The notes: generated by a model from the letters alone, not told the origin. 63,995 nucleotides of DNA, filler included, from Piedraia hortae CBS 480.64 (GCA_010093745.1; 14 parts of 13 records of this genome joined end to end with filler, not necessarily neighbours in it); one strand, 5' to 3'. Positions 48,029-62,128 are shown, counted from the whole stretch's first letter. Numbers and translations: made by a program.

Positions 48029-51000
48029 TAGAGCTATTGGAGCAGTGATATTGCCTATAGAGAAGTTTGACTTTGGTCAGGCAACTGTCTTTCTGGACTT
48101 TAACTACCGAAACACATATCAATCGGACCGAAGGGGCTGCCGGTCATGACCCTGGCAATTAGCTTACTAACTTCGACATGGAAGACGAATGCAAAGACTC
48201 ATGCAAAGACTCATGAAGCAGTGCCAATCGACGTCTCAACTCTCTCCAGGTGACTGACATGAGACATAGGGAACTCACTCAGAGACAACGGGCGCAGGGA
48301 TGCTGGGCCGCTGGTATTGCACATGAGCTTCGATCTTCCATCCTGTCCGAATTCACTCGCTGTCCGAGTTGTCTAGCTCCTCATAATCGTCGTCGCTAAT
48401 AACAATGATCTCCACAAAGTTTATTGATGGCACAGTTTCCGCCTTGTGATGGCCCCCCTGAGGGTCCTGGCTCATGTGCTCGTCATCAGTCGATTCTGAT
48501 TCATCGGTCAAAGCAGTATTGGCATCGTCAGTCTCGTCATTCGAGGTCTCGCTCCGTGTAGGCGACGATGGAGCTTTGTTTGCCTTTTGCTGCTTAGCAG
48601 ATGACGCTTTAGCCTGGTCCTCTTGGGCCCGTTTGCGCTTATGCTTCCGCAAATATGTGACGCGGTTGCGGTTCGGACGCTTACGAGGCTGGCCGTCTTT
48701 ACGAGACCCGCGCGGTGGATCCGGGCCCGATGGGGCGTTGGTCCTGCCAAAGTCATCACCTGTCCCTCAGATCCCATGAATACATCGTTGAATCAGCTGT
48801 ACGCAACGACGTCTGAGCTGGGCAGTGTTTAACCTATACGAAAACTGTGTGATGGATCGCCATGCACTGACAAGACGGTTACACCAATAACCCAGCGGGA
48901 TCAGACCTGCATGTAACCATTGTCACTTCACGTCGACCCATTGACGTGACACCGATGGATACAGCAGCTGCAGGTTGCTCGCTCTAATCTAATCTCATAA
49001 AACACCAATTGACTTATGGAACCGGCTTCCTCTGCTTCTGTCCACGACCAACAATCCCCCATCGAATCTGATTAGNNNNNNNNNNNNNNNNNNNNNNNNN
49101 NNNNNNNNNNNNNNNNNNNTTAATTAATTAANNNNNNNNNNNNNNNNNNNNNNNNNNNNNNNNNNNNNNNNNNNNCTGTTTGAAAACCTTCCCGTAAAGC
49201 TAGATACGATGAGCCATCACAGTGTTATCATTGGAACTGAAGTGGTAGAGGTACTCCAAGCCCCACATTCACGTCTTGTCACAAAATACATCACGAGAGG
49301 TAAGAGTACAAATGCCAGAGTTTCAAAAGGCGTTGTCGATCGCTATCGACCACTTATATCGGATGGATGAACGCCCTTGGCATTGCATGCAGTGTCGAGG
49401 CAGGCACGGCTCCTTGTGCCACATGCCAACGCTCGTGCCTGACGTGCGCCTCGTGCATCATAAAGCTGCATTGGGCAAAGGCAGACAACGAACGCATTTC
49501 GTCATGGATGCATGAACCAGGCTGGTGTCGATCAATCAAAGCCGATTAATTGGGCGCGGTCAAGTCAGTAAGCTTTGCAGCGATGCGAGGCAAAAGCTAA
49601 TGGACGTATGACGTGCAACAGCAGTCGGTTCAGCGTCACAGCCGGTGGTCAAACTTTACAAGCGCCGGGATGGAGGTGGGGCGAAGTGGGGCTCAAGTTG
49701 ACTGGGGGTCGGCCGCATTGGGCCGCGCGTGGGGAGTCGCCGAAAACGGAGGAACGACGACGTCGCCCCCACCGCCTCGCACCTACGCTTCGCCGCCGTT
49801 TTCTCCACGACATGTATAGCGGCACCGTAGCCTGGCGACTGACTACGCGCACTTTGACCGACTGCGGAAGCTGGCTGACCGCCGTCTGACCGCCCCCGCT
49901 GAGCCAGCTGACTGTCAGCGGAGCGGACAGGGAGACGACGCATGGATCCACCCACGAAACTGAAATGGCCCGACCCCAGGCGCATGCGAGTACCAAACCT
50001 TTACGACCAATGGTTGAAGGAAGAAAAGCCTGCCGGCCGCCACGACGAGCACGATCACGACGATGTTGGCGACGCTGACATTGAAGAGCAGGAGCAGCGA
50101 GGCCAGAGCCAGGAGGGGGGGTCGGAGCGAGCTCCAACGAAGGATGCGCCCTCACGCAACCACCCTGACCTACCTGTTTCTCTCGGAACCACCACCACCA
50201 TTGNNNNNNNNNNNNNNNNNNNNNNNNNNNNNNNNNNNNNNNNNNNNTTAATTAATTAANNNNNNNNNNNNNNNNNNNNNNNNNNNNNNNNNNNNNNNNN
50301 NNNGCTTCATCAAATTTTGGACGTTCGTTGGAAGCTGAACAATAACCTTTTTGTATTCGTTGATCGGGACTGTGGTTATAGACTCTGCAGTCCGCTTTCG
50401 GGGGTTGGAAGGTTCGCCCATGCTGGATGGCCAGTTGGATGCTAAAACCCAATGAGCAACGGGGTCATCCGGACCGCTTATATCAAAAGAACGAATCGAA
50501 AGACTTGTAGCAAAGCGTTTCGGGGATCTGTCCGACTCTAATAATGCGTCCCCATCGCGCTTCCGTTTGGTACCGACGATAGCAGCTATCTGGTCGGATC
50601 CTTCCATGCGATGTGCCTATTAAGATTTGGGCGTTTAATGATAGGCCACGAGGTTTCGCTCAGGCGCGCACTCCAGCACGTTTGGATCAGATGAGATTGA
50701 ACTGCGACGCGCCGATCGCGCGCGGGTAAAGTGCGCAGCCATTCCAATTGGCGGATATTAATAAAGTCGATGCATCGTAGCAGCTCAGACAGCAAACGGC
50801 CCGAACCTACTCCACACTACCCCGCCTTTATGGACCGGGATCAATCGGGCGCAGCTACAGTTATTCCCAACTGGAGGGGTTGGCAGGAAGCACAATTGCG
50901 GCGTGGCATTCAGCTCAGCCTGATGGCTTCGGGTCTAGGCCTGCCTTTCAAGTAGCTCCGTAACCTTGATCACATTATTATCTAAACTGCACCTGATATT

Positions 51001-51642
51001 TGCTCAAAACACTGACAGTACTGGGGTGACAGTACTGAGGTGTTCTATGTAGGGGATAACGTTTACACTCCAAATGACCAACCCATTGCTCACCGTACCT
51101 ACCATCTTACGCCATTTATTCGTGGCATTCGAGACGCAATGAGCAACACACTCATGAGAATCTCTGCCTTGTTTTCTCAGCACCCTTCCATTCCGCCCCA
51201 CCACCCGCTATGTCGCAGCGTTTATCCACTCTGCCCCGCCTAACGCCACCTAACCAACTCCCCCAACGTTCCATTCTCCGCCAGGACACGTAACCAAGTC
51301 CTTACGAACCCCTCAAAATCGTGTCTCCGATTCCTCACTTTGATCATCTCTTCCCTTTCCTCCCTCTTCAACTCATCACGGTCAAGAAGGCGGGTTCGAA
51401 TTCCAGTTCGATCCAGCTGGGGAAGGCGGAAGGAGTGAAGGGGTGGGAATTTTCGTTTGAGGGGGGTTGCGTTTTTTTGGAGGCATTGAGGGCCGACGTT
51501 TTTTTGGGGGGAGGGACATTGTTGATTGCTGGGTGGGTAATGTTACGGATTGCCATGTATTAATTGTTACGGATGGCTGGTGGACGGGTCAATCGTTACG
51601 GTTTGTGTGACGTCACAACCTAGGCCCAATTGGGTAGGGAAG

Positions 51643-51766
51643 TGTTGTGAATATGCGGTATATTACGCGCATTATTAGTAACCGGCGCTCGGCTCTCGAC
51701 TTCACACGTCAACTAGTTTTCCGTAGAGATTTGTACGCAGGTACACATCCACTCACAATCATAATA
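51643..51766 (+). mobile_element. Solo Copia LTR, imperfect TSD GGAAG/GGGAG
   Basis: 124 bp TGTTG...TAATA, 6 differences from the young copies. Confidence 0.9.
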
Positions 51767-52584
51767 GGGAGGACTGTTAAATTCCTTTCAACTCTGAAAG
51801 ATTACGTTTAGAACAACACATATCGTGTCCATTGTGAATGCTAAACGAAGAGACGCGAGCTGTGGTTGTAGTGGATGTTACGCAATGATGTCATCGCGCA
51901 GGATCGCAGCTTCGGTCATTGGAATTTCTAGTTTCCAGCAATGCGGTTGGGTGTGGGCACCAAAGTCCCCGACACCGTGATAAATTGACGAGGTTACAGA
52001 TTAGTATGTGTTGGCATGAAGCCTCGTTGCTATGAGCACGTGGCATGCACCGCGGGAGTTCCCTAGATTTTCTCCCATCTGATGTTTTCCCTATGGATCA
52101 CGATCACACTTGCATCGTGGCGAATGTGCTCCCAAGGACATGTCATAGGCATTGTCGCAGTCCATGGCTTGTTCGGGTAAGACCTGCAGGATGACAAGGA
52201 AGGCCCCCTGTCACTGCAGCGCCGATTATGCCGGTGAGATGCAGGATCTAGCTCCGATTCCCTTATGCATCCTAGAAGTTCCCATAGAACCAATTCACTG
52301 AGATTAGAACAGCGATTCCACGCCGTTCTCACTCTCACTCACACTCTCTGCTTCCCATTAGTGCACATCATGCTACGCATCGAACAGCACACATATTAGA
52401 CTTCAGTATGTAGTGCAATCTTCCCAAAATCTGCTCGCTGTTGTAACTTCACACGTCATAGGTCGACCGTCTGCATGCACGCCACTTTTACCCCTCATCA
52501 GGCATCAGCCTTGAGCATGGCAAAGCCTTTGCAACAGCTTTCTCCATCCCAGGTCTTCCTCAGTCTTTCTCCTCGCTACTTTCT

Positions 52585-54886
52585 GTGCCCGCCATGGGCG
52601 CAAGGGCGAAGCATTGGAAAGACAAGGTCACGCATTGGAAAGACAAGGCGAGGGATTTGGAAGAGAAGGTGATATCGAAGTTGTCAACTTCACCCACGCC
52701 GCCTCCTGTTCCCACGCCACAACCCTCGTCGCCACACAGTGCGACTACCCAAGCCGCAGGTCTAGGAAAAACACCAGAAACACCCTTCAAGGACAGGGAC
52801 AGGCTACTGCATGATGCTTTAGACTATCTTCCAGACGATGATCGAAATTTTATTAAAGAGCAACTTTATTTGATGAACGATCCTGCGCGAGACGAGGCCG
52901 GACTCCTGGCTTTGAGAGAACGATGTCAGAAGAAAAAATCTGACTCGTACTGTGATAGGATGAGGAAAATCACTGGTCAAATTATGCACTTCGCGCCGGT
53001 AATTGATGTGGCGACGAATGTTCAACCGGAGGTGCTCAGCCTGCCGTGGGCCGGCATTCGCTTTCTCTTGATGGTAAGCAACTGTTCTGCGATGACAACT
53101 AATAGTAACCCCATTCCTCCAGGTGACTCAGAAGGCCCATGAACATAGAGAGGCGCTTTTGGAGGGAATCGAAACGACGCTGGACACTGGCATCCTCCTC
53201 GACGTATACTTTGACGTATATGGCAAGCTCACTTGGACGCCGGCGATTGGGGGTTTGTATCGCAGTATCGTCAAGCTATACGGCCACATCCTTAAATTCG
53301 TGGCACACGCCGAGCACACTGGCGACATGCCCGCATGGGAACGCCTGATACAATCTGTGGCTAACAACCTCATTCCAAACTTCAAGGAAGGATACAAGGA
53401 CCTTCTGGAGGACGTTGAGCACTACAAAGGGGCTTGCGATAGCAAGCTGGAAAATGACCAACGGCACCGGGTCGACGAGCAATTGAAGTCACTGAAAGAT
53501 GACCTGCAAGCGATAGAGGAAGGGGTCAAAGGTGTCCAACAAATACTAGACCTGAATGCTCTCAAAAGTGCTGCTGAGGCGACCTATGATTGGACAGGCG
53601 GCTTGGAACTAACTTTGTGTCTAGGCAAAACCAGGGAGGATATCATTAACGACATAGTGGACTGGGCCACCACCGCCGGAGAACAGAGGGTATACTGGCT
53701 ATCCGGTAAGGCAGGGACAGGCAAGTCCACGATTGCTCGAACCGTTGCCCACGAACTGGAGAGCAAAGGGCACCTGGTAGGGAGCTACTTTTTCAAGCGA
53801 GGCAAGGGTGAGTTGAATCAAGCAAGTAACCTTTTCCCTACTGTTGCCCGTCAAATGGCCCACTTCATGCCTGAAATTAGCGACAAGATTGCCGCAGCCT
53901 GCCATGACTCACCTGCTGTTATTGGCAAGCCATTGACAAGCCAGTTCGACGCGCTTATCAAACAGCCGCTTTTGTGGTATAGCACAGGTTTTGTAACACC
54001 GGATGTTAGGGTCATCGTGATCGATGCTCTTGATGAGTGCGATGCCAAGGAAGTGATCGGTCAAGCCATGACACTTTGGCCTACACTTAATGACCACACT
54101 TCCATGCACTTGAAAGTTTTCGTGACGAGTCGTTCAGATAATGAAATCTCGGTTACGCTCGGTCGGTTAGAGTCAAAGGATCTCCGGCACGAGAAACTTG
54201 AGGACTTGCAAACGACTACTATCAAACAAGATTTGACTTCGTATTGCGAGTACGAACTCAAGAAGATTCGCGAGAAGCGAAACAAGGGTCAAATCTCTGC
54301 TGAACTAGACGATGACTGGCCAGGAGAAGACGTTGTCAAAAAACTCGTGGAGATATCTCAGCCACTGTTCATCGCAGCTTCCACCATACTCAAAGACGTG
54401 AGTACCAACCCACGACGACTACCACAGTGGGTGGCCCGGGTCAACTCCACTGGTTCGAAAGCATTGACCAAGATCTACATGGACATTCTGCAACAAGCCA
54501 TTGACTTGGATGAAGAGTGGCACGACTGGTTCGACCAAGTCATCAAACCAATTGCTCTTCTACGTTCCCCGCTCACCCTCCCGGCGCTTACTGATCTCCT
54601 AGCAGAAGGAAACATAGGGATTGTTGCAGATGCCCTCAACCCTTTGAGTTCAGTCATCGAATTTCCCAATACCGTGGAAATGGAAGCGGGATCTCCGGCC
54701 AAGGTCCAGATATATCACGAGTCTTTCCGGGATTTCCTTCTGGACCGAACCTCCAAGGACGAACCGCCGTTCTGGTGGGTTAACAAAGAGGAGACACATG
54801 GCGACCTCCTTGCCAGATGCTTGGAGTTGCTCCAAACCAAGCTTGGCCGCAATGTGTGCAAGCTGAAAGATCCAGCAACGGAACGC
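52585..54886 (+). CDS. Fungal NLR-like NACHT protein (HET-E/NWD type), intron 53074-53122, 3' end cut by contig end
   Basis: N-terminal LPWAGIRFLL helical domain, CLGKTR, Walker A WLSGKAGTGKSTIA, Walker B IVIDALDEC, VTSR, LFIAA, HESFRDFL. Confidence 0.92.
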
Positions 54887-54986
54887 NNNNNNNNNNNNNN
54901 NNNNNNNNNNNNNNNNNNNNNNNNNNNNNNTTAATTAATTAANNNNNNNNNNNNNNNNNNNNNNNNNNNNNNNNNNNNNNNNNNNN

Positions 54987-56760
54987 CGTGGCCACTGGCA
55001 TGACTAACGCGATGGATTTGCCAAAGAGTTCCTCCTGCTTCTGGCGCAGCTCCTCTACTGGAATGTGGTGCCGTTTAAAAAATTTCACAATCTCGGCTGC
55101 TTCCTTCATTAACCGGGAGAATGGCGCCAGTTTAAATTTGTCCATAACCATCAGATCGAACCGATGGGCGTTGCATCCAATGGGATACATGGTAGGAAAC
55201 TTGTGGACCACGCTTTCGACCGCACTCTTCACATTTGAGGCCGTGTCCGTGCAAATAGCGTTAATCCGCTCCGGACCAATCTCTTCGATGGCCTTGATTA
55301 ACTATGTGGCCAGATACGCACCGATGTGCGGATTAAACTCCGTTGCCACTGCCTTGTAAAAAAATGACTGTCCATCGGGAGTGGCCAGGAGATTGTTGCT
55401 GAGGGGCTCGTTCCGTTGGTTAGTCCAGGAGTCCGTTACAAGCGTCAGTCGTTTTCTCTCCTCCCCCTCGAACAGGACGTTGCTGACCCGTTGTTTGAGC
55501 CTTTCGTACGAGGCATTGGGCATGGGGCCAGCAAGCTGCTTACTATTTGGTAGGGAGTGTTCAGGATTAAGCGAAGTGATCCAATCACGGAACTTTGGGT
55601 TGTCGAACAAGACAAAAGGGAGCCCCAGCTCGAACATGATATCCGCTCCCTTTTGGTCTAGCATCAATTTGCGCTCATTGGCGAGCGGCTCAACGGAGGG
55701 CGTAGATGCATCTGCTTCCAACGGAACGTCGGCCGCTTCGCCAAACGCCGTCGTGGCGGTTCTTTTCTTCGATTCAAACTCCTTGGCATACACTTGAGTC
55801 AACGTGTTCGCATTCCTTGGTATGGGCCATCCTTCGCTTTCTGTTGTTGTTTGTCAATGACTTTTGGCAAAACTTGTAGGTCGCTGTGGGGCGTGGCACG
55901 TTTGGGACATCCCAGTAGTGGTACAACGGGTCTCTGTATGTTCGCGTAATTGTTAAAGTCGGAAGAATTTGGTGTGAGGTGTGTGCGTCAAGAGTTGGAC
56001 AAAAACTTAGCTGAGCAAGAGAAATGTGGGAAATCATACGGGAGGAGGGGGGCGTTAATATACCCATAATCTTAGGCTCAAGTTCGCGACTATCTACTGT
56101 TTGATACTATTAACTCTGTTTGATGAAGATCGCCATGTATCAAACGAAAAGTTTGGGCTCTATTTCTCAGACTTGACTGGACCAGTGGACAAAGCCTGGC
56201 ATAGTACAATGAAGTTTTGCGCTTCTCGTTTGTGCACCGATGACATGGAGCCTATCATGGCCATCGTGAGTATCGGTAACCAGGTAAATTTGTTCCTCTC
56301 TCACAAGTTTATCGGCACCTGTGGATGAAACGTGGCGTAGAGCCATGTAATTTGCGCTTCAGGCTTTCGGCACCACCAGTCTGAAGGCCATCACACGTCC
56401 GAGAATGACCATTGTGAGCATTGTTCACCAGAGAAGATATGCTCCTATCTCCAAGGTTTATCGGCAACTGTAGATACAGTCGGGCGTAGCACCATGCAGT
56501 TTGTGCTTCACGCTTTCAGCACCACCAATTTCGAACTTATCACGGCCCGGCAACGTCTGATCATGACCCGTTAGCAAGTCTCAACAGAGGTGAAGTCAGA
56601 TCCATCTCCCTTTTGGCACAAGCCAAGTTGGCTAGTGTGATCCGGCACGTGATCATTAGCGGTGAGAGCAGTAAATTTACAGGTGGTTAGCAGTAAATTT
56701 ACAGATAATTTACATGTCTCATCAGGTGAGCTGTAAATTTACCGTAAATGCCGATCCCTA
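54987..56760 (-). mobile_element. hAT transposon, 5' half: terminus TAGGGATCGGC at 56760, decayed transposase about 55900-54987
   Basis: BED-like finger relic, GLPFVLFDNPKF, TLVTDSWTN, TDTASNV, CNAHRFDL; subterminal GTAAATTTAC repeats. Confidence 0.82.
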
Positions 56761-57306
56761 CTCTTGACGCTCTTACCGGACCCTGCAAGCAAGGTTTTGG
56801 CACTGACACTGATTATGATAATGAAGGGATGCTTTGATCAATAGCTAGATATCAAACAACCAGGGATAAAGTACATCATGGTCATCATAACTTCATAAAT
56901 ATACAGCCAAACGCCGGTTACCGATTTCAACGCCCAGGGAACACTGCGAGGAGCAATCTCCTCCAACGAGGGGTATGTCTTTCTTCCTCATCTGGATCCA
57001 GCAACGCAGGTCCCATCAAAGAGTGTGCGCGTTGTCGCGCGCGTTGTATTCGGCCTACACGCCCCAGAGGCCCGGTCTTTTGCTGAGCAGCAGTAGCTGG
57101 AGCAAGCTCTGCGCCTTCTGGAGAAGGCAATGGGGCATTTTGAGCCACTTGCTGTGACTGTTCGGCCGACAAAGACGGAGGGCGATCGGGTTCGGGCCGT
57201 TCTCTTNNNNNNNNNNNNNNNNNNNNNNNNNNNNNNNNNNNNNNNNNNNNTTAATTAATTAANNNNNNNNNNNNNNNNNNNNNNNNNNNNNNNNNNNNNN
57301 NNNNNN

Positions 57307-57398
57307 TTAGTAACCGTCGCTCGGCTCTCGACTTCACGCGTCAACTAGTTTTCCGTAGAGATTTGTATGCAGGTACACATCTGCTCACAATTATAATA
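57307..57398 (+). repeat. Partial Copia LTR at contig start
   Basis: Matches LTR consensus. Confidence 0.95.
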
Positions 57399-58819
57399 GA
57401 ACCTCACCTAATGTAGACACAGACATCAACATTTCACTTTTTCAGTCAAAGTTGAGTGAAAACTTTTGTCCTCGATATTCGCTCCCTTTTAGTTCTCGGA
57501 GGTTCAACCCTCCGACACCCTGAAATAAGAATCCCGACCCTGCAAACCCACCTTACCACTCAATCAACAGAACCATTCATGCCTTCCCACCCGCCACACA
57601 GTGCCCTCCGGGTAAGGGTCTCTGGAATTAGCCTCCATGCGGATCCAAAAGTCTTGCATTTGTACTTTTTCGTTTTTCCGTGCTCGTAGCAGTGCCAGAG
57701 ATGTGCAGAGTCCATTGTACTCAGAATGTGGACATGGTCCGCCAAAAGCGGGGTGGCGGGCTGCACTCGTTTGTGTTAAGAGTTCTCGGACAAGAGCGAA
57801 GGACCAACCTGTATACATCAAGAGCCAGCTCCAGACGAATGAGGCCCCCTCTCATCTTCTTCCCGCAAAGCTATCGATGATGAATTAGACATTGCCTTGT
57901 GCTTATATCCTCTAAGCTTATTTTCCCAGCGCGGCAGCCGCCGTGAATGCACCATCCTTTTCGTTTCTCAGGAACCTCGTTAGCGGCTGTGCACCACACA
58001 TAGAGTAAACCGACAGAAGAGTGATAGGCTATCCCATTCCGGTAAATGAACCACCCCAGGACGCACCAATCAGGAACCCATCAATGCCATCCCATGTTCA
58101 AGCCTTGGCATTCTCACACTCCTGCAATGATTACACGGAGCACGCAGCGGAGCGACTCACCTTGCATCTTAAAGCAGTGCTTCATTCCCGGCTTCACTTC
58201 TCAAATTCTTAGTCGAAGCACCTTCTGCATTTTTCCGTGCTCTTTCCATTTCCCGTTCGCGGTTTCCTCTAGCAAATCCTCATAATCCTCTGTCTCGTGT
58301 AGAGATTTAGATCTCGTGGGTGAGAGTGCACAGCGACCCGAAGAGGACGGAGCGATAGACGGAATCAGGGACAGGAAAGATGTAGATGTATNNNNNNNNN
58401 NNNNNNNNNNNNNNNNNNNNNNNNNNNNNNNNNNNTTAATTAATTAANNNNNNNNNNNNNNNNNNNNNNNNNNNNNNNNNNNNNNNNNNNNACTAGCGGG
58501 GCGTATTCACCATGTCACATATGACATGACCCTGAGGGAAAACCTCTGTGAGGGAAAAACCTAGGGTGCCGCTGGTAGTGTAGGAGGTATCGCTGACTTG
58601 CTATGCAAGTGCCCTGCATACGCGCTAGCGGCGATGCTTGGATCCAACAGAAGATTCGTCATCAGTCAAAATCTCCTGGAGAACTAGCGCAAGTTGATTC
58701 TCCAGCCAGACTAGCTAGTAAGGTATTACATTTTGGATGTCTGAATCCATCAAGGTGCCCAAAAGTGTGATAACGTACGTACGTATAATCAAGATGTCCC
58801 CTTCTCTCGAACTTCCCTC

Positions 58820-60577
58820 CTATCCTCCTGCCTTCGTCCCGTTCCTCCACGGCCCGTTCCAGCCCTTCCAGACACCTTCGTACGTCAAACCTGTCACAAA
58901 TCTCACAAAAGTGCCGAGTAGTTTTTTAATTAATGGCTGAAGATAACTGAGTCCAACCCACGAAGTCTCGTGATTCGGATGTGGTTCTCGGCAAGAGACG
59001 TGTGCGAATTGCCTTGACCTTGTCACCATCGACGGCGACGCTGTCCTCACTATAATATTACCATCCCCATTCCAAACCTTGTAAGAAGATTGTAACATTA
59101 GCTTGTCCATTATGATTGTGCATCTTAATGCGTATCTGTGTGAAGTAAGGATCCTTGCCGAAGATGCATCGCCTCTGGAGAACGCTTCCCACTTCCCACA
59201 ACTAACCTGCAACCTTCCCACGACATAGCACCCTTAAAGAATCGGAAACCATCTCTCCCAAATTTCACAGGATTGAATGTCTCCAGGCATCGGCGCTTCT
59301 TGCTGCAGTTTTCGACATCTTTTCCATAAGATAGAATATGCCGACCAGCAGGCTCGCATCTTCGTGGTCCAGCTGTCCTTGACCTCCAAGTGGTATCCGC
59401 GATTCGCCCGAAAATACCTCCTTCTCACCCAATGTCCCCGGACATCTCTTCTTGGCGTGCCAAAGGAGCGGAACGCGACCATACCAGGCCGAGATCAAGA
59501 CCTGAATTCTAGAGTATCTAGGTTGCCAGACTCATGGTGTAGCCAGGAAGGCGTTCTTCCCACAACACGATGATAATTTCCGCCAGCGAACGGTTTGCGG
59601 CAAGAACTCCCATCAAATAGCCAAAACTCGGAAATAAGCTGTCAAGCGCCAGATGCAGGGCCCGCTCGTTGTCCGTGAGGAGCACCTCGATTGGAGCACC
59701 AACCGCGCAAATTGTTCGACTGCCTTGTTATATGCGGCTTCGTCTTCCTTTGCGATGAGGCACATTGTTGCTGTTGCGGATATACGCGATGGCATCACAG
59801 CCACGAAATGGATAAGTGGCATTTGGAACTTGATTGTGTTTTACGTTGCACCTATGAGGACAACGCGTGTGGTCATTCGAGAATTTTGCGCTGAACTGGC
59901 TGGCTTCCAATGGGATGGGATGTACTCCAGTGCAAGAGACGAGTCTCCACCCGTTGTAGACTTTCTATGGACAGCCGCAAGTTGGGCAGCTGCAAACATC
60001 ATCCGGCCATTCCAGCCCCGTAAGCACCTGAATAGCCTCCTTCCAACGCCGCTTCTCCTCTTGCCAGCCTTGTGCGTCGCACTTCCCAATGAGATGGATC
60101 GTTGCCAGCGACCGTCCGGCGACGGCGCACAAGAAATAGCATCCAATCCACCTGAGAAGCTGGTTCTCGATCTGGGTGATGAAGTTGACTTTATCCTTGG
60201 TCTTGGGACCGGTCATGGGTGCTGGCTGTTGGTTGCTGGGGCGGCGTGGCAGTTGCTGTGGGGGTGTTGTTAGATGTGGTTGCAGTCTTACGGTCCGCGT
60301 GTGCTGGCTCTGAAACTTGGGCAGCGTGTCCAGTCTTACCACCGGCACCTACTGCGGCAGTCTTGCTCGGCTGTGGCGGGGCCGGCGAATTTTGACGTGG
60401 CTGCGCATCGGCACTTCCTGCTGCCGGCGGGACATGGAGTCCAGTGCCGGATTGTGGGGTTGGTTGCTGTGGCCGGTGTGGCTCCTCGGCCGGCCTCAAA
60501 AGCTCCTCGTCCAGCTCTTGTGTTGGGCATGTGTGATGGGAAGCACTGGGAATGTGCACGGACCCAGGTTCGAGCAA
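58820..60577 (-). mobile_element. MULE-like transposase relic
   Basis: MPLIHFVAV...CLIAKEDEAAYNKAVEQF and RGYHLE segments, heavily frameshifted. Confidence 0.55.
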
Positions 60578-61867
60578 GATGTTGTGTCATATGGAAGCTA
60601 TAGAGGGCCAGAGGGCCTGCTATATACTCATAAGTTCCTGCACAGAAAGCGCGCGCCTGGTGAACCACACTCATGGAACAACCATGTGACGAAAGGGCTA
60701 GCCCGCAACAGTATGCGTATGGGATTTTTTTTTTTTTTNNNNNNNNNNNNNNNNNNNNNNNNNNNNNNNNNNNNNNNNNNNNTTAATTAATTAANNNNNN
60801 NNNNNNNNNNNNNNNNNNNNNNNNNNNNNNNNNNNNNNATGACCAAGGAAAGCACTACTCCTGCAGAGAGGCAAGTCAGCCAGATGATGGCATTCTTGGA
60901 AAGCATGGGAGTGGGGTATCGGCAATTGCTTCCGCTGCAGCAGTTGATGTCGAGGAAGGTCATTTTTCGATTTGAAAGAGAGAATTTGTGTATTGCTTCA
61001 GGACTGGCCTTGAACAAAAGTGTGTGTTTTTATGAGAGCGAGGGACGATCGGTTGACATACTTGTATTTGGACAAAGGGTGTTAGATGTTCAAAGAAGCT
61101 ATACTTTGTCCCCTGTAAGAGGTGAATGGGTAAATGAAATCCATTGAAACTGAAAGGAAAGACAAAGGATGGTCATATCTTAACGTCCCGTCCATGTGGA
61201 AATACTACAATGTGCATCCATAAGCTCTACATCCACACAGCGTGTGGACATTATAGCTTCGCGTACGGCACATCTCAGTGGTCTTGCGGGATGCAACCCT
61301 GCATAGCAGACTCTGCACATCCAAACTCATTCATCAAACGTGCACAGGTTATGCACAGGATGCGAATCTGCGCGTGAACAGTGCTTGTCACGATTGTTGT
61401 CCGTGTGAGATTTGTGACGGGCGTGCTGTATGACAGTGTCTGGAAGGGCCGGAACGGACCGTGGAGGATCGGGCCGAAGGTAGGAGAATAGGAGGGAAGA
61501 TCTTGGTACGTTATCACATCCACACTGGGAGGGAGCAATTTTAAGTGTTAGTTGTCGGAAACCTGCTTGGGTGAGTGAAGAGCTGTGCGCTTTGTTTGTT
61601 TGATTTCCATTTTACGTCTATGGATGGGTCATAGCTATTAATGAGCTTATGCCCGGACCCTAATGGGCGCAGGGTGCAACCCCATGCGGAGCTGACTCCT
61701 TCACTCTCCGTCCTCTCCTTCTGTCCCCTCCGACCGCACCTCTTCCACGTCAATTCTTCGGCCACTTGGGCCATCTTGGTTTCTGGTCAACTGCCTGGGG
61801 CAGATGTCCTCGTAGAACCTGGATTGTGCCGTATACTTCTCGAACAGTTTAGTCCCGGCCGCTGTGC

Positions 61868-62128
61868 CTAGAACCTGATCCAGGTGCCTGGCGAGCCATT
61901 GCGCAGTACGTTGCTGACAGCCATACCTTTCGGGCAGAAATAAAAGTGTACTGGGGTCTTGAGACTCCTGCAAGAGCAATGGAGCTCTGCATCGTGGTGA
62001 TTGAACCTTTGATGGTACTCGGCAAAGTTACCGTGCTTCGTTCTGCACGCGACGAGTTGCCCTAGGGCTTTTCGTCGGAGGCGCAGTCCCTTCGGTGGCT
62101 TGGAAGGAAAGCCGATGGCCAGTGTCAC
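61868..62128 (-). mobile_element. LINE (Tad1-like) C-terminal Cys/His fragment
   Basis: LVACRTKHGNFAEYHQRFNH...CSC...TPVHFYFC; related to the 3' part of the LINE at 29733-30778. Confidence 0.75.

Noticed and set aside
48353..50607. Short basic/acidic ORFs (48353, 49942, 50248)
   Set aside because: Partial or frameshifted, at contig edges, with no family I can support.
1..57398. The recurring 124-bp sequence as a CRISPR repeat, adaptor or cloning vector
   Set aside because: Dispersed rather than arrayed; has a TSD, a PBS and diverged older copies, so it is an LTR. The AATTGTGAGC lac-operator-like stretch is short and coincidental.
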